Shown here in pieces: positions 39,736 through 52,843 of a stretch of 63,871 nt of DNA. This stretch comes from Pavona decussata (lineage: Eukaryota): positions 1 through 63,871 of the forward strand of contig CDRNST010000599.1 in NCBI GenBank assembly GCA_977016875.1, in the 5' to 3' direction. The notes beneath the pieces are model-generated. The model worked only from the letters and a program-made list of their open reading frames with translations. It searched no databases and was not told the origin of the DNA. Each line of letters opens with the position of its first letter. Within the stretch, counting starts at the first letter, position 1. The translations under genes were made by a program, and so were the position numbers.

Positions 39736-40854
39736 AACAAACCCTTTCATAGAGTTAAACAGTTATATACGTACAAATGTCTACATCACCATGACCCTAA
39801 AGTATGTGTACATTCACCACTGGAATGTACGTGTTTGCTGTTAGATATTTACCCATAGATAATACATACCCCTGGTTGAATTGTACACAACATTGTCCAA
39901 CATTTTTATATAGCCATGTCCAGCAGACATTTTTTCAATTTCCTATGGGTTGACAATTGAAGGGATTAGGGGTTGTGACGGGTAGAGGGGTGTCAATCAT
40001 CAAGTAACTTATTCTGATGGAAGTTTCTGTAAAAGTGGGTTTATGGTCCACGACAGACACAGCTTGCAGGCACAGGGCTATTGTTATGCCACATATTGTG
40101 GTGGAAGTACATGTAAAAGTCGGTTTTTGGTCCACGACAAACATAGTATGCTACTTATGATGCTGGAAGTATCAGTGAAAGTGGTAGCTACTTATTATCA
40201 TTGACATTCCATGCTGTAAAGCGTGATAATCAATAGAATAAGCTGTAGCTGTAGTGAAAGTCGAGTCAATTTAAGAACTCTTTGCCTAGCAAGCCGCGAG
40301 CCAGGACAATAAAGTTTCAACAAGCCACTCGCCCACCACATGCTGCGCATGCGCGCGCGGGGTAATCATTATCTTAGGGTGTAATGCTACTGCACGTGAT
40401 GCACAATGAATGACGTCATTTGAACGGCGTCAGCTCCCTCTCTTCCTTGTCGTCCTCGGTAAGTGAGTAAAGAATAATGGGTGACCACCAAATACTCTAA
40501 GCTAGAGGAGTGCTTCGATTAAATAGGCACAGGGGTTAGGGTTAGGCACATTACGATAAGCGCTTTTAGTGGTTAACTAATGGGCCAAGACAGTTAAAGA
40601 GGATAAAGAAGTCGCGTGACCGTATGAAGGGTGGTCGAAAGGTGAAAATTGAGCATGAGTGGGCCAGAGGTCAGCAGATTTCAGAACACTCCCGTACACA
40701 ATGGGTGAAAGGCATGCAACATTGAAAGCTGGGAGTGGTCTGGCGAGCGAGGCTATTACTGACCCTACACCTCACTTGTATAAACAAGAATGTCGTTTAT
40801 AGGTGTGACTATTTAAGATACAAGAAGACTTTATAGACACACTCTGGACAAAGT

Positions 40855-40878
40855 CTAACCCTAACCCTAACCCTAACC
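40855..40878 (-). repeat. Interstitial (TTAGGG)n-type tract
   Basis: ctaaccctaaccctaaccctaacc; shorter tracts at ~18209, 28496, 28645, 32943 and 40533. Confidence 0.8.
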
Positions 40879-41642
40879 ACCAACCAAGAAGAGGAGAGTA
40901 ATGGCATCGGGAGGATCATCCACAGCAGCTACGTCAGGAGGTCCATCCACATCAGTTACCAACATTACTGGTACAATATACATGTACTCTAATCCCATGA
41001 AATACGAGTGTGCCCATGAATTAGTGTGTGTAGTTCGTGGGCTATAAACCTATTGGTACCTGTAGGCGTTAGTCACATCTTGTAACTGAACTGTAGCTAA
41101 CAAGTTGCACTCAAATTCATGTGATTACCTATACAAATCTAGATATACCAAAGAAACGCAAAGTCTATGCCCTTAATGAGACACAGTGTGAAGGTAATTC
41201 ATTGTGTATGGCAGAGTAATGTAATGCTGATCAACTTTTAATTGTATACTACAGTTTCTCTGCCAAAGACAAAACCAATGTGAGTGGATTTACATTTCAT
41301 CATTATTTGTCCATGATACTCACTCTATGTGATACAGATAACTCGTGCTGTGTGCTTTATTGCTATGATACTCGTGCTGTATGCTATAGATATCATTGGG
41401 ATTGCTATGATACTCACGCTGATACACATGGCATTATTTTTTTCCATGATACCGATACCTATTACTATGATACTCATACTGTTATGAATGAGTATCATAG
41501 CAATGAACCAACCCACTGATGAGTTTGAATCCCAGCTTGCCACTTTTTTCCAAAAGTATCAACATACTATATATAATGTATAGCCATTCATGCTCTTGTA
41601 TCATAGTGTCAATCTTTCATTTACAGAGCCTTATTTTATCTT

Positions 41643-42656
41643 GTGAATACCAGGACACCAATTAGACTGCAGATTTATGAGGAGGCTCTACATCCACCAC
41701 TGAGGGATCAGTATGATGTTTGTGATTTGTGTGAGAAACTAGAGCCCCCTATTAACTCAGCAGGATCATATCATATCGTTTTAGGCCGACCCTCAGTGTA
41801 TATGTACACGTTTACAAAGACTAAACCGGCAAGCCAAGCAAAACTGAGTGACTTTTTAGGAAAACATCTCTCTCTTACGAGTGACGAGATTTTGCCGCCA
41901 AGTCAAGCAGTCACACGGATAAGGTTCAACCTCAAGGCATTCCGTCTCTACGACAAAGATTATGTAGTAGGTTTGCTTAAATGTTGGAAACAACTAACTG
42001 ACCTGCTAGAGAAAAAAGAACCCCCACCTCCTCCATTAGTGGCTGAAATGAACCATTATGCTCGTGAATTGGAAATTTTCACTGGAGAAGAACAAGTAAA
42101 CGAACAGCAAGAGGTTGCGATAAGTGCAAAGTTTGCCAACCTTTTGCAGACATCAATATTCCCAAAAAATGAGTTTAAAGTTAACTCCTTTTCTAAAGAG
42201 ACGCCCCTTAAAATATGTAGATACGCTATGTCCCATCAGGATATTACAATATATAACATAAAGAAATATATCCAGAATGGATCTGCTAGAGCTGCTGTTC
42301 TGGTCTCACCTGATGGTGATGAAGAAATGGAAACAGATGAAACTGAGGATGAATTCACTATTACAGGAGGTACATTAGAGTCTAAGCTTGCACTGCCGAC
42401 AGAACACAAGGATTTGGGGCAATTAGTGGCAGAAATGGAGAAATTGGGTGCTGACTTGTGTGTAAAAGGTATAAAGGCTGGGAATGTACTTATACAGAAG
42501 ATTATTATCTTTGGAGTGTTGCTTAACATAGAAGGAGGTGTAGCAAAACCTGCATCCTTAGAAATTTGCTTCAATGAGGGAGCTACACTAAAAGTAGGTC
42601 TTGATTACATTGACATTAGTGAGTGCTTGTATAGAGTACGTAATAAACTCAGTTAG
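41643..42656 (+). CDS. Intronless ORF, putative Crinkler-type PD-(D/E)xK restriction-endonuclease-fold protein
   Basis: 337-codon ORF with E-helix (QQEVAIS), SHQDITIY, LESK, GQLVAEM and IIFGVLL in the order typical of CR-REase domains. True start uncertain (possible splice acceptor at ~41626). Confidence 0.65.
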   Translation: MNTRTPIRLQIYEEALHPPLRDQYDVCDLCEKLEPPINSAGSYHIVLGRPSVYMYTFTKTKPASQAKLSDFLGKHLSLTSDEILPPSQAVTRIRFNLKAFRLYDKDYVVGLLKCWKQLTDLLEKKEPPPPPLVAEMNHYARELEIFTGEEQVNEQQEVAISAKFANLLQTSIFPKNEFKVNSFSKETPLKICRYAMSHQDITIYNIKKYIQNGSARAAVLVSPDGDEEMETDETEDEFTITGGTLESKLALPTEHKDLGQLVAEMEKLGADLCVKGIKAGNVLIQKIIIFGVLLNIEGGVAKPASLEICFNEGATLKVGLDYIDISECLYRVRNKLS

Positions 42657-42720
42657 TGTCATACCCTATGTATCATTACATGCTCTTGTATCATAGCATT
42701 TTATGAGGCCACATCATAAA

Positions 42721-45405
42721 GCTCTGTGCCTTCAGTCTGTGGCTGTCATGGACCAACAAGCCACTTTTACACATACTTTCACTGAGATAAGTAGCATGGA
42801 GATAGCTCTGTGCCTTCAGTCTGTGGCTATCGTAGACCGACAAGCCACATTTACAGATACTTCCACCAGGATAAGTAGCATGGAGATAGCTCTGTACCTT
42901 CAGTCTGTGGTTGTCATGGACAGACAAGCCACTTTTACAGATACTTCCACTGAGATAAGTAGCATGGAAATAGCTCTGTGCCTTTAGTCTGTGACTGTTG
43001 TGGACTGACAAGCCACTTTCACAAGTACTTCCACCACAGTAAGTTGCATGGTGATGGCTCTATGGCTGCAGTCTGTGACTGAGTGAACCGACAAACCACA
43101 TTCACAGATACTTCCACCAGAATAAGTAGCTCTGTGCTGCAGTCTGTGGACCAACAAGCCACTTTCACAAATGCTACCACCAGAATAAGTATCTTCCTGG
43201 ACCGACGAGCCACTTACACAGATACTTCCACCAGAATAAGTAGCATGGAGATAGCTCTGTGCCTTCAGTCTGTGGCTGTCGTGAACCGACAAGCTACATT
43301 CATAGATACTTCCACCAGGATAAGTAGCATGGAGATAGCTCTGTGCCTTCAGTCTGTGGCTGTCGTGAACCGACAAGCTACATTCACAGATACTTCCACC
43401 AGGATAAGTAGCATGGAGATAGCTCTGTGCCTTCAGTCTGTGGCTGTCATGGACCAACAAGCCCCTTTTACTAGCACTTCCACCACAATAATTTACACTG
43501 TCGTGGACTGACAAGCCACTTTCACAAGCACTTCCACCACAATAAGTTGAATGATGTTAGCTCTGTGCCTTCAGTCTGTGACTGTCGTGGACTGACAAGC
43601 CACTTTCACAAGCACTTCCACCACAATAAGTTGCATGGTGATGGCTCTGTGGCTGCAGTCTGTAACTGTATGGACCGACAAGCCACTTACACAGACACTT
43701 CCACCAAAATAAGTAGCTTGGAGGTAACTCTGTTCCTTCAGTCTGTGGTTGTTGTGGACTGGCAAGCCACTTTCACAGATACTTCCCCCAGAATAAGTAG
43801 CATGGAGATAGCTCTGTGCCTTCAGTCTGTGGCTGTCGTGGACAGACAAGCCACTTTTACAGATACTTCCACTGAGATAAATGGAAATAGCTCTGTGCCT
43901 TTAGTCTGTGACTGTTGTGGACTGACAAGCCACTTTCACAAGTACTTCCACCACAGTAAGTTGCATGGTGATGGCTCTATGGCTGCAGTCTGTGACTGAG
44001 TGAACCGACAAACCACATTCACAGATACTTCCACCAGAATAAGTAGCTCTGTGCTGCAGTCTGTGGACCAACAAGCCACTTTCACAAATACTTCCACCAG
44101 AATAAGTATCTTCCTGGACCGACGAGCCACTTACACAGATACTTCCACCTGAATAAGTAGCATGGAGATAGCTCTGTTCCTTCAGTCTGTGGCTATCGTG
44201 GACCGACAAGCCACTTTTACGGACACTTCCACCAGAATAAGTAGCATGGAGGTAGCTCTGTGCCTTCAGTCTGTGGCTGTCGTGGACCGACAAGCCACAT
44301 TCACAGATACTTCCACCAGGACAAGTAGCATGAAGATAGCTCTGTGCCTTCAGTCTGTGGCTGTCATGGACCAACAAGCCACTTTTACACATACTTTCAC
44401 TGAGATAAGTAGCATGGAGATAGCTCTGTGCCTTCAGTCTGTGGCTATCGTAGACCGACAAGCCACATTTACAGATACTTCCACCAGGATAAGTAGCATG
44501 GAGATAGCTCTGTACCTTCAGTCTGTGGTTGTCATGGACAGACAAGCCACTTTTACAGATACTTCCACTGAGATAAGTAGCATGGAAATAGCTCTGTGCC
44601 TTTAGTCTGTGACTGTTGTGGACTGACAAGCCACTTTCACAAGTACTTCCACCACAGTAAGTTGCATGGTGATGGCTCTATGGCTGCAGTCTGTGACTGA
44701 GTGAACCGACAAACCACATTCACAGATACTTCCACCAGAATAAGTAGCTCTGTGCTGCAGTCTGTGGACCAACAAGCCACTTTCACAAATGCTTCCACCA
44801 GAATAAGTATCTTCCTGGACCGACGAGCCACTTACACAGATACTTCCACCAGAATAAGTAGCATGGAGATAGCTCTGTTCCTTCAGTCTGTGGCTATCGT
44901 GGACCGACAAGCCACTTTTACGGACACTTCCACCAGAATAAGTAGCATGGAGATAGCTCTGTGCCTTCAGTCTGTGGCTGTCATGGACCAACAAGCCACT
45001 TTCACTAGCACTTCCACCACAATAATTTACATGGTGATGGCTCTGTGGCTGCAGTGTGTAACTGTATGGACCGACAAACCACTTACACAGATACTTCCAC
45101 CAGAATAAGTAGCATAGAGATATAGCTTTGTGCCTTCAGTCTGTGGCTGTCGTGAACCGACAAGCTACATTCATAGATACTTCCACCAGGATAAGTAGCA
45201 TGGAGATAGCTCTGTGCCTTCAGTCTGTGGCTGTCGTGAACCGACAAGCTACATTCACAGATACTTCCACCAGGATAAGTAGCATGGAGATAGCTCTGTG
45301 CCTTCAGTCTGTGGCTGTCATGGACCAACAAGCCCCTTTTACTAGCACTTCCACCACAATAATTTACACTGTCGTGGACTGACAAGCCACTTTCACAAGC
45401 ACTTC
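42721..45405 (-). repeat. 84-bp satellite array, reverse
   Basis: Reverse units with the same variant order as parts of 11252-15935. Confidence 0.95.
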
Positions 45406-45435
45406 TGTACACACAAAAAACCACAAAAAAGTAGT

Positions 45436-46224
45436 TTATGGTGCAAGTACGTCTCTGAGTTTCCACGATGTAAAACTACCAGCTTCAACTGGATATCTAT
45501 ATAGTGGATGATTGAATGGTTTGACTTTCAATGACGTGACTCTCAATGCAACCTCATCCTCTTGTAGTTTGTTGCCGTGGACAGTGGTCTGGGGTACAAC
45601 CACTCCATTCCCAATCTCCAGTCTTCCTTTCATAATGGTCACTGGAAGAAGTCACATACATAAATGATAATGCAAAGCCATGAATGAACAGTTTATACGT
45701 GACTTACCTGTCATACCAGGTTCGATCGTTACTCCCTCCATGTCAGACCTATTACAGTACACATTCATTAAGTATTGCCACAGATGGTTCATCCAAAACT
45801 TACTCCTCCTCCTTACTGTTACCTCCAACCAATTCAGTTGGTACAATTGTGTACCGGTCTTCTTCTGGCTCACATTTGTCAACATGATTAGCAAATCCTT
45901 GGACACTTGTTAGAGTTTTTCCGCACATGTAACATGTTGCAGTTCCGTACTCTTGGACTGAGCGAAAAGCATACCCGCTGGGTTTCAGTGGTTTTGTTTT
46001 GTTTTGGGCTTTTTCATATTTTTGTAGCCTTTCAAAGAGTGTAGGAGGTACAGAAGGTCGTTCCCTAGCAGGTTTTGCTTTAGACCTCTCACAAGAAGAT
46101 GACACCTTATGAGATGATTTAGACGACTCATGAGAACTCTCCTCTGAACTCTCAGGAGATGACCTCTGGCATAAACAATCAAAAATTTCATCATACAGGC
46201 TACTCAAAATTGATTGAGACAAAC
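45436..46224 (-). CDS. C2HC finger + En/Spm Tnp1-like domain gene, 5'-incomplete; homolog of 5541-7125
   Basis: Exons 46224-45804, 45748-45708 (41 nt) and 45641-45436 splice in frame, giving PSGYAFR..TCYMCGKTLTSVQGFANHVDKC and GNGVVV..VHGNKLQEDEV..HPLY..SFTSW. Confidence 0.65.
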
Positions 46225-46611
46225 CTGTATTATTTTGTTCAACATCTCATGTGTCTTAGCATGAGCTTCCTATGGAAAAGATGTAGCTATGTGCATGTGC
46301 CATTCTATGATACATACAGACTGTAATGGCATTATCACTTACGAGCAATTTACAGTAATTGTCCTGGGAGGGGAGATGAATATGGAGGGAAAAGGGGAAT
46401 TGAAGTAGGGTAAAAGTTGCCATAACACAAATGTAATGTTACGCATGTTGTAACTCACCTCCGTTTGAGAATTCTGCGTTGGAGAAGTCTGAGTGCAACC
46501 ATCTGTTGTCTGGTGGGGGGGGGGGGGGGGAGATTATACATTGATTTTGTAACTCACCTTTCTCATGTAACTCACCTCCATTTGAGAGGTCTGAACATCT
46601 CTTGTCTGGGG

Positions 46612-49600
46612 GACACTTCCACCAGAATAAGTAGCATGGAGGTAGTTCAGTCTGTGGCTGTCGTGGACCGACAAGCCACATTCACAGATACTTCCACCAG
46701 GACAAGTAGCATGAAGATAGCTCTGTGCCTTCAGTCTGTGGCTGTCATGGACCAACAAGCCACTTTTACACATACTTCCACCAAAATAAGTACCTTCAGT
46801 CTGTGGTTGTCATGGACAGACAAGCCACTTTTACAGATACTTCCACTGAGATAAGTAGCATGGAAATAGCTCTGTGTCTTTAGTCTGTGACTGTTGTGGA
46901 CTGACAAGCCACTTTCACAAGTACTTCCACCACAGTAAGTTGCATGGTGATGGCTCTATGGCTGCAGTCTGTGACTGAGTGAACCGATAATGGAAATAGC
47001 TCTGTGCCTTTAGTCTGTGAGTAGCATGGAGGTAGCTCTGTGCCTTCAGTCTGTGGCTGTCGTGGACCGACAAGCCACATTCACAGATACTTCCACCAGG
47101 ACAAGTAGCATGAAGATAGCTCTGTGCCTTCAGTCTGTGGCTGTCATGGACCAACAAGCCACTTTTACACATACTTTCACTGAGATAAGTAGCATGGAGA
47201 TAGCTCTGTGCCTTCAGTCTGTGGCTATCGTAGACCGACAAGCCACATTTACAGATACTTCCACCAGGATAAGTAGCATGGAGATAGCTCTGTACCTTCA
47301 GTCTGTGGTTGTCATGGACAGACAAGCCACTTTTACAGATACTTCCACTGAGATAAGTAGCATGGGAATAGCTCTGTGCCTTTAGTCTGTGACTGTTGTG
47401 GACTGACAAGCCACTTTCACAAGTACTTCCACCACAGTAAGTTGCATGGTGATGGCTCTATGGCTGCAGTCTGTGACTGAGTGAACCGACAAACCACATT
47501 CACAGATACTTCCACCAGGATAAGTAGCATGGAGATAGCTCTGTACCTTCAGTCTGTGGTTGTCATGGACAGACAAGCCACTTTTACAGATACTTCCACT
47601 GAGATAAGTAGCATGGAAATAGCTCTGTGTCTTTAGTCTGTGACTGTTGTGGACTGACAAGCCACTTTCACAAGTACTTCCACCACAGTAAGTTGCATGG
47701 TGATGGCTCTATGGCTGCAGTCTGTGACTGAGTGAACCGACAAACCACATTCACAGATACTTCCACCAGAATAAGTAGCTCTGTGCTGCAGTCTGTGGAC
47801 CAACAAGCCACTTTCACAAATGCTTCCACCAGAATAAGTATCTTCCTGGACCGACGAGCCACTTACACAGATACTTCCACCAGAATAAGTAGCATGGAGA
47901 TAGCTCTGTTCCTTCAGTCTGTGGCTATCGTGGACCGACAAGCCACTTTTACGGACACTTCCACCAGAATAAGTAGCATGGAGATAGCTCTGTGCCTTCA
48001 GTCTGTGGCTGTCGTAAACCGACAAGCTACATTCACAGATACTTCCACCAGGATAAGTCGCATGGAGATAGCTCTGTGCCTTCAGTCTGTGGCTGTCATG
48101 GACCAACAAGCCCCTTTTACTAGCACTATAATTTACACTGTCGTGGACTGACAAGCCACTTTCACAAGCACTTCCACCACAATAAGTTGCATGGTGATGG
48201 CTCTGTGGCTGCAGTCTGTAACTGTATGGACCGACAAGCCACTTACACAGACACTTCCACCAAAATAAGTAGCTTGGAGGTAACTCTGTTCCTTCAGTCT
48301 GTGGTTGTTGTGGACTGGCAAGCCACTTTCACAGATACTTCCACCAGAATAAGTAGCATGGAGATAGCTCTGTGCCTTCAGTCTGTGGCTGTCGTGGACA
48401 GACAAGCCACTTTTACAGATACTTCCACTGAGATAAATGGAAATAGCTCTGTGCCTTTAGTCTGTGACTGTTGTGGACTGACAAGCCACTTTCACAAGTA
48501 CTTCCACCACAGTAAGTTGCATGGTGATGGCTCTATGGCTGCAGTCTGTGACTGAGTGAACCGACAAACCACATTCACAGATACTTCCACCAGAATAAGT
48601 AGCTCTGTGCTGCAGTCTGTGGACCAACAAGCCACTTTCACAAATACTTCCACCAGAATAAGTATCTTCCTGGACCGACGAGCCACTTACACAGATACTT
48701 CCACCAGAATAAGTTGCATGGAGATAGCTCTGTTCCTTCAGTCTGTGGCTATCGTGGACCGACAAGCCACTTTTACGGACACTTCCACCAGAATAAGTAG
48801 CATGGAGGTAGTTCAGTCTGTGGCTGTCGTGGACCGACAAGCCACATTCACAGATACTTCCACCAGGACAAGTAGCATGAAGATAGCTCTGTGCCTTCAG
48901 TCTGTGGCTGTCATGGACCAACAAGCCACTTTTACACATACTTTCACTGAGATAAGTAGCATGGAGATAGCTCTGTGCCTTCAGTCTGTGGCTATCGTAG
49001 ACCGACAAGCCACATTTACAGATACTTCCACCAGGATAAGTAGCATGGAGATAGCTCTGTACCTTCAGTCTGTGGATGTCATGGACAGACAAGCCACTTT
49101 TACAGATACTTCCACTGAGATAAGTAGCACCAGAATAAGTATCTTCCTGGACCGACGAGCCACTTACACAGATACTTCCACCAGAATAAGTAGCATGGAG
49201 ATAGCTCTGTTCCTTCAGTCTGTGGCTATCGTGGACCGACAAGCCACTTTTACGGACACTTCCACCAGAATAAGTAGCATGGAGGTAGCTCTGTGCCTTC
49301 AGTTTGTGGCTGTCGTGAACCGACAAGCTACATTCACAGATACTTCCACCAGGATAAGTAGTATGGAGATAGCTCTGTGCCTTCAGTCTGTGGCTGTCAT
49401 GGACCAACAAGCCACTTTCACTAGCACTTCCACCACAATAATTTACATGGTGATGGCTCTGTGGCTGCAGTCTGTAACTGTATGGACCGACAAACCACTT
49501 ACACAGATACTTCCACCAGAATAAGTAGCATAGAGATATAGCTCTGTGCCTTCAGTCTGTGGTTGTCGTGAACCGACAAGCTACATTCATAGATACTTCC

Positions 49601-49940
49601 ACCAGGATAAGTAGCATGGAGATAGCTCTGTGCCTTCAGTCTGTGGCTGTCATGGACCAACAAGCCCCTTTTACTAGCACTTCCACCACAATAATTTACA
49701 CTGTCGTGGACTGACAAGCCACTTTCACAAGCACTTCCACCACAATAAGTTGCATGATGTTAGCTCTGTGCCTTCAGTCTGTGACTGTCGTGGACTGACA
49801 AGCCACTTTCACAAGCACTTCCACCACAATAAGTTGCATGGTGATGGCTCTGTGGCTGCAGTCTGTAACTGTATGGACCGACAAACCACTTACATAGATA
49901 CTTCCACCAGAATAAGTAGCATAGAGATATAGCTCTGTGC
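46612..49940 (-). repeat. 84-bp satellite array, reverse
   Basis: Reverse units. Confidence 0.95.
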
Positions 49941-50223
49941 ATGTGTATCAGCGTGAGTATCATAGCAATCCCAATGATATCTATAGCATACAGCACGAGT
50001 ATCATAGCAATAAAGCACACAGCACGAGTTATCTGTATCACATAGAGTGAGTATCATGGACAAATAATGATGAAATGTAAATCCACTCACATTGGTTTTG
50101 TCTTTGGCAGAGAAACTGTAGTATACAATTAAAAGTTGATCAGCATTACATTACTCTGCCATACACAATGAATTACCTTCACACTGTGTCTCATTAAGGG
50201 CATAGACTTTGCGTTTCTTTGGT
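49940..50223 (-). repeat. Inverted copy of 41147-41430 (GTATCATAGCA-motif region)
   Basis: ORFs 41280(+) and 50090(-) share their first ~50 aa; coordinates sum to 91370. Confidence 0.9.
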
Positions 50224-50502
50224 AGTACGTATTGTCTGTGCTTGTTTCAATTTACAGCCACTCGGATGCATGCCATGGACTAGCTTGACACATGACATAA
50301 TATTATGTAGATGGAAGCAGGCATAACTTATAAACACACATGCACACACACACTATTCTCATGATGGCTACGATTCAGTCACCTTGCCGTTCCAGTGTTG
50401 AGCAATGGACTCGGTAGTGGCGGGAACGTTGGGGAGGGAAGAGCCTCCGTGCCAATAGTGTAGCCATAGATACAAGAGCGGTATCTATGGTGTAGCAAGG
50501 AA

Positions 50503-50643
50503 CTAGTCTCGTCCCCAGCCCCTCCTTCTGGGTGGATCGAAAGGGAACCCACCAGAAGGATAGTCTGGGGTACCAGCCCCTTCTCGCGTGTGAAGGGGCT
50601 GGTACCCCAGACTACCAGAAGGAGGGGCTGGGGACGAGACTAG
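50503..50643. mobile_element. MITE with ~28-bp TIRs
   Basis: ctagtctcgtccccagcccctccttctgg ... ccagaaggaggggctggggacgagactag. Confidence 0.75.
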
Positions 50644-52127
50644 CATGCAAGGCACGGCAGTCGGAATTGCTTGCCCGGGTGTCGGGCAGTAATACTCGAC
50701 CCCGACTGCCGTGCCTTGCTACACTATTGGTGCTGCTGACAGCATTAGATCTATTCATCCTGAGAGTCTTGTCTCTGAAAGCACGAAGGGATGCATATTG
50801 CCATAATACACGCATGCGCATCGTGTACATCTGCCATGCAGCCAGAGGTGCTGCTACACTACTACAGTAACATGTACGTAAGTAGTCACTACGAATCAAT
50901 GACTATCTCCGAAGCTCATCTGCCTACCACATCATCCGTTCCTATATTATACAGGTGCCACAATCATTTTAGGCTGGACTGTCTCAAACTGATCCAGACA
51001 TCAAGACAAAGTAAGCACATGCATGAAATAAGCACGCACAGCTGAAATGAGCTGCAGGTTAGTCAACATATCTGTTCAGTATTTCCATGAACATGGAAGT
51101 GTATTATATGCCTTGTGTACTATGCTTTGCGTCCCTTTATGCCTCATTTCAGGGTATATACCATGCCCCCAAATTAAATGTCGTGGGTAGGGCTTGACAA
51201 GTTCTACTAGCATAATTTTTGATAGATTTTAGTCAAAGCAAGAATATGAGACCAAACTGGAGGCATAATTTGGTAGCTTATGCACTGCAAGCCTAGGGCC
51301 CAAAACAACCATCAGAATGATCGAACCATTGCGTCTCTTAATTACACTTCGCACCTGCCGTGAGGTATGCCTATAGGTCAAAGGTCATGTGCGAAGGAGA
51401 ACAATTTGCACATTCAATTTTTCCAGTTTTTACTTTCGTATAAGGGATGAGCATACGAAGTATACGAAAATTAGCACCAAGAAATTTTCCTCTATACAGT
51501 ATATGTCACTAAAATTAATTATTAATTTTCATAGTTCCCTATAATTATATGCGACAATAATAATACCCCATCCAAAATTGTATAACATTGTAATGTGTAG
51601 ATACATCTATATATCTATTCTTGCAAATTAGTTCATTTTACTGTTTTACGAATGGGTCCGTTGAATGGGAATAATTGGCTGAGTTGCTGAGAATAGTCAA
51701 AAGAATAATTATTGGCAAGAAAAGGAATATAATAATAGTTATTACTCCTAACCCTTATCTACTCCTGATTAGTGGATCTTTGGAACAGAGAGACTGCCCA
51801 TGTTTGCAACAGAGGTTTAGAGAGACTGTCCACAGAGGTTTGACATGGACGGTCTCTCTAAACCTCTGTTACAAGGACTGACTACATTAGCTAATTATAA
51901 GTTGTGACATTTAACCAGCTTAGGAAAACAGTCCTAATTGTAAGATGAATTGCTCCTGGACACATTCTTAGCTCTTAACTGCAACCTCAAATTGAAGGTC
52001 TCCAAGTTAATGAGGTTTCCTTAGACCAAATCTGCATAGGATTAGGTGTTTTTTTTACTCTTATTGAATGACACATAAGTTGCTAAATTGTCAGCGTCAA
52101 TTCCAAACTCCTATATTATATATATTT

Positions 52128-52720
52128 CGCTCGCTCACTCCTTGATTGGGCCCCTTGATTGTAGCTGTGTAGGCCAATGAATATACGATACACACTAGAT
52201 TCATACAAACCCAGATAAAACTGCCCGAGTATTCTGCACTGGACTAAAGGTTGCAATGCACAACAATAGCATGGTACTCTACAATGAATTTTCTAATTGT
52301 GCATGCATAGTGCACATCCGGGCTCCTCCCCTCACTCGTTTCAATTAGCTGGCCAAGTAAGCTCGCTAGCCGTCTTGTAGCTTTGTTCACAAAGATCGAC
52401 GCTGCAAGACTACCAAAAGTAAACGCTTAGGATAGAATCGCTTACACTCGTACAGCATCCATGGACAACCTCGACTTCCAAAGTTTTCCCTTTTGCCGTC
52501 ACTGTGCCTCTCGAATCCCGGCAGTGTAAGCCTTACATGTCGATCTAATTTTGGCCTACCGCCCTTTCACAGCGACTTACTCTGATGCTAGCCTAGTGCT
52601 GTTGCTAGCTCTTTCGATCGACTGCTTCTGTAACGTCAAAACTCAGAGATGCAAAGAAAGCTAGTATTTTGACAGGAGTCAAATTGCTTCCGGTGATACT
52701 TTCCGGACGGATGGACACAC
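52128..52720 (-). mobile_element. Non-autonomous interspersed repeat, inverted partner of 55222-55912
   Basis: ccggtgatactttccggacgga and ctgcccgagtattctgcactggact occur reverse-complemented in 55222-55790; the two copies are diverged. Confidence 0.7.
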
Positions 52721-52843
52721 ACACACACACACGCACAACTGTAAGCTTAGTACAATGATACAGCCAAGAGTATTGTAACCACTAGCAGCAGGGTAACTGA
52801 CCAACCTGTGTATATATACAAGATGTATGTATTAACCACTAAT

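Larger units (their letters stand above)
38790..40195 (+). repeat. More diverged satellite subfamily (38790-39071 and 39996-40195) interrupted by the PCLAF insert
   Basis: Units such as ggggctatcatc..ctacttatt..gtggaagt..aaagtgggtt..ggtcca. Confidence 0.75.

Noticed and set aside
40855-40878. True chromosome end
   Set aside because: Only about 4 repeat units, with non-telomeric sequence on both sides.
41516-41545. CTGATGAG as a hammerhead
   Set aside because: Lacks the GAAA core and stem III; at most a decayed remnant.
50532-51045. ORFs as upstream Notch exons
   Set aside because: They overlap a MITE and hairpins and show no EGF or LNR cysteine pattern.
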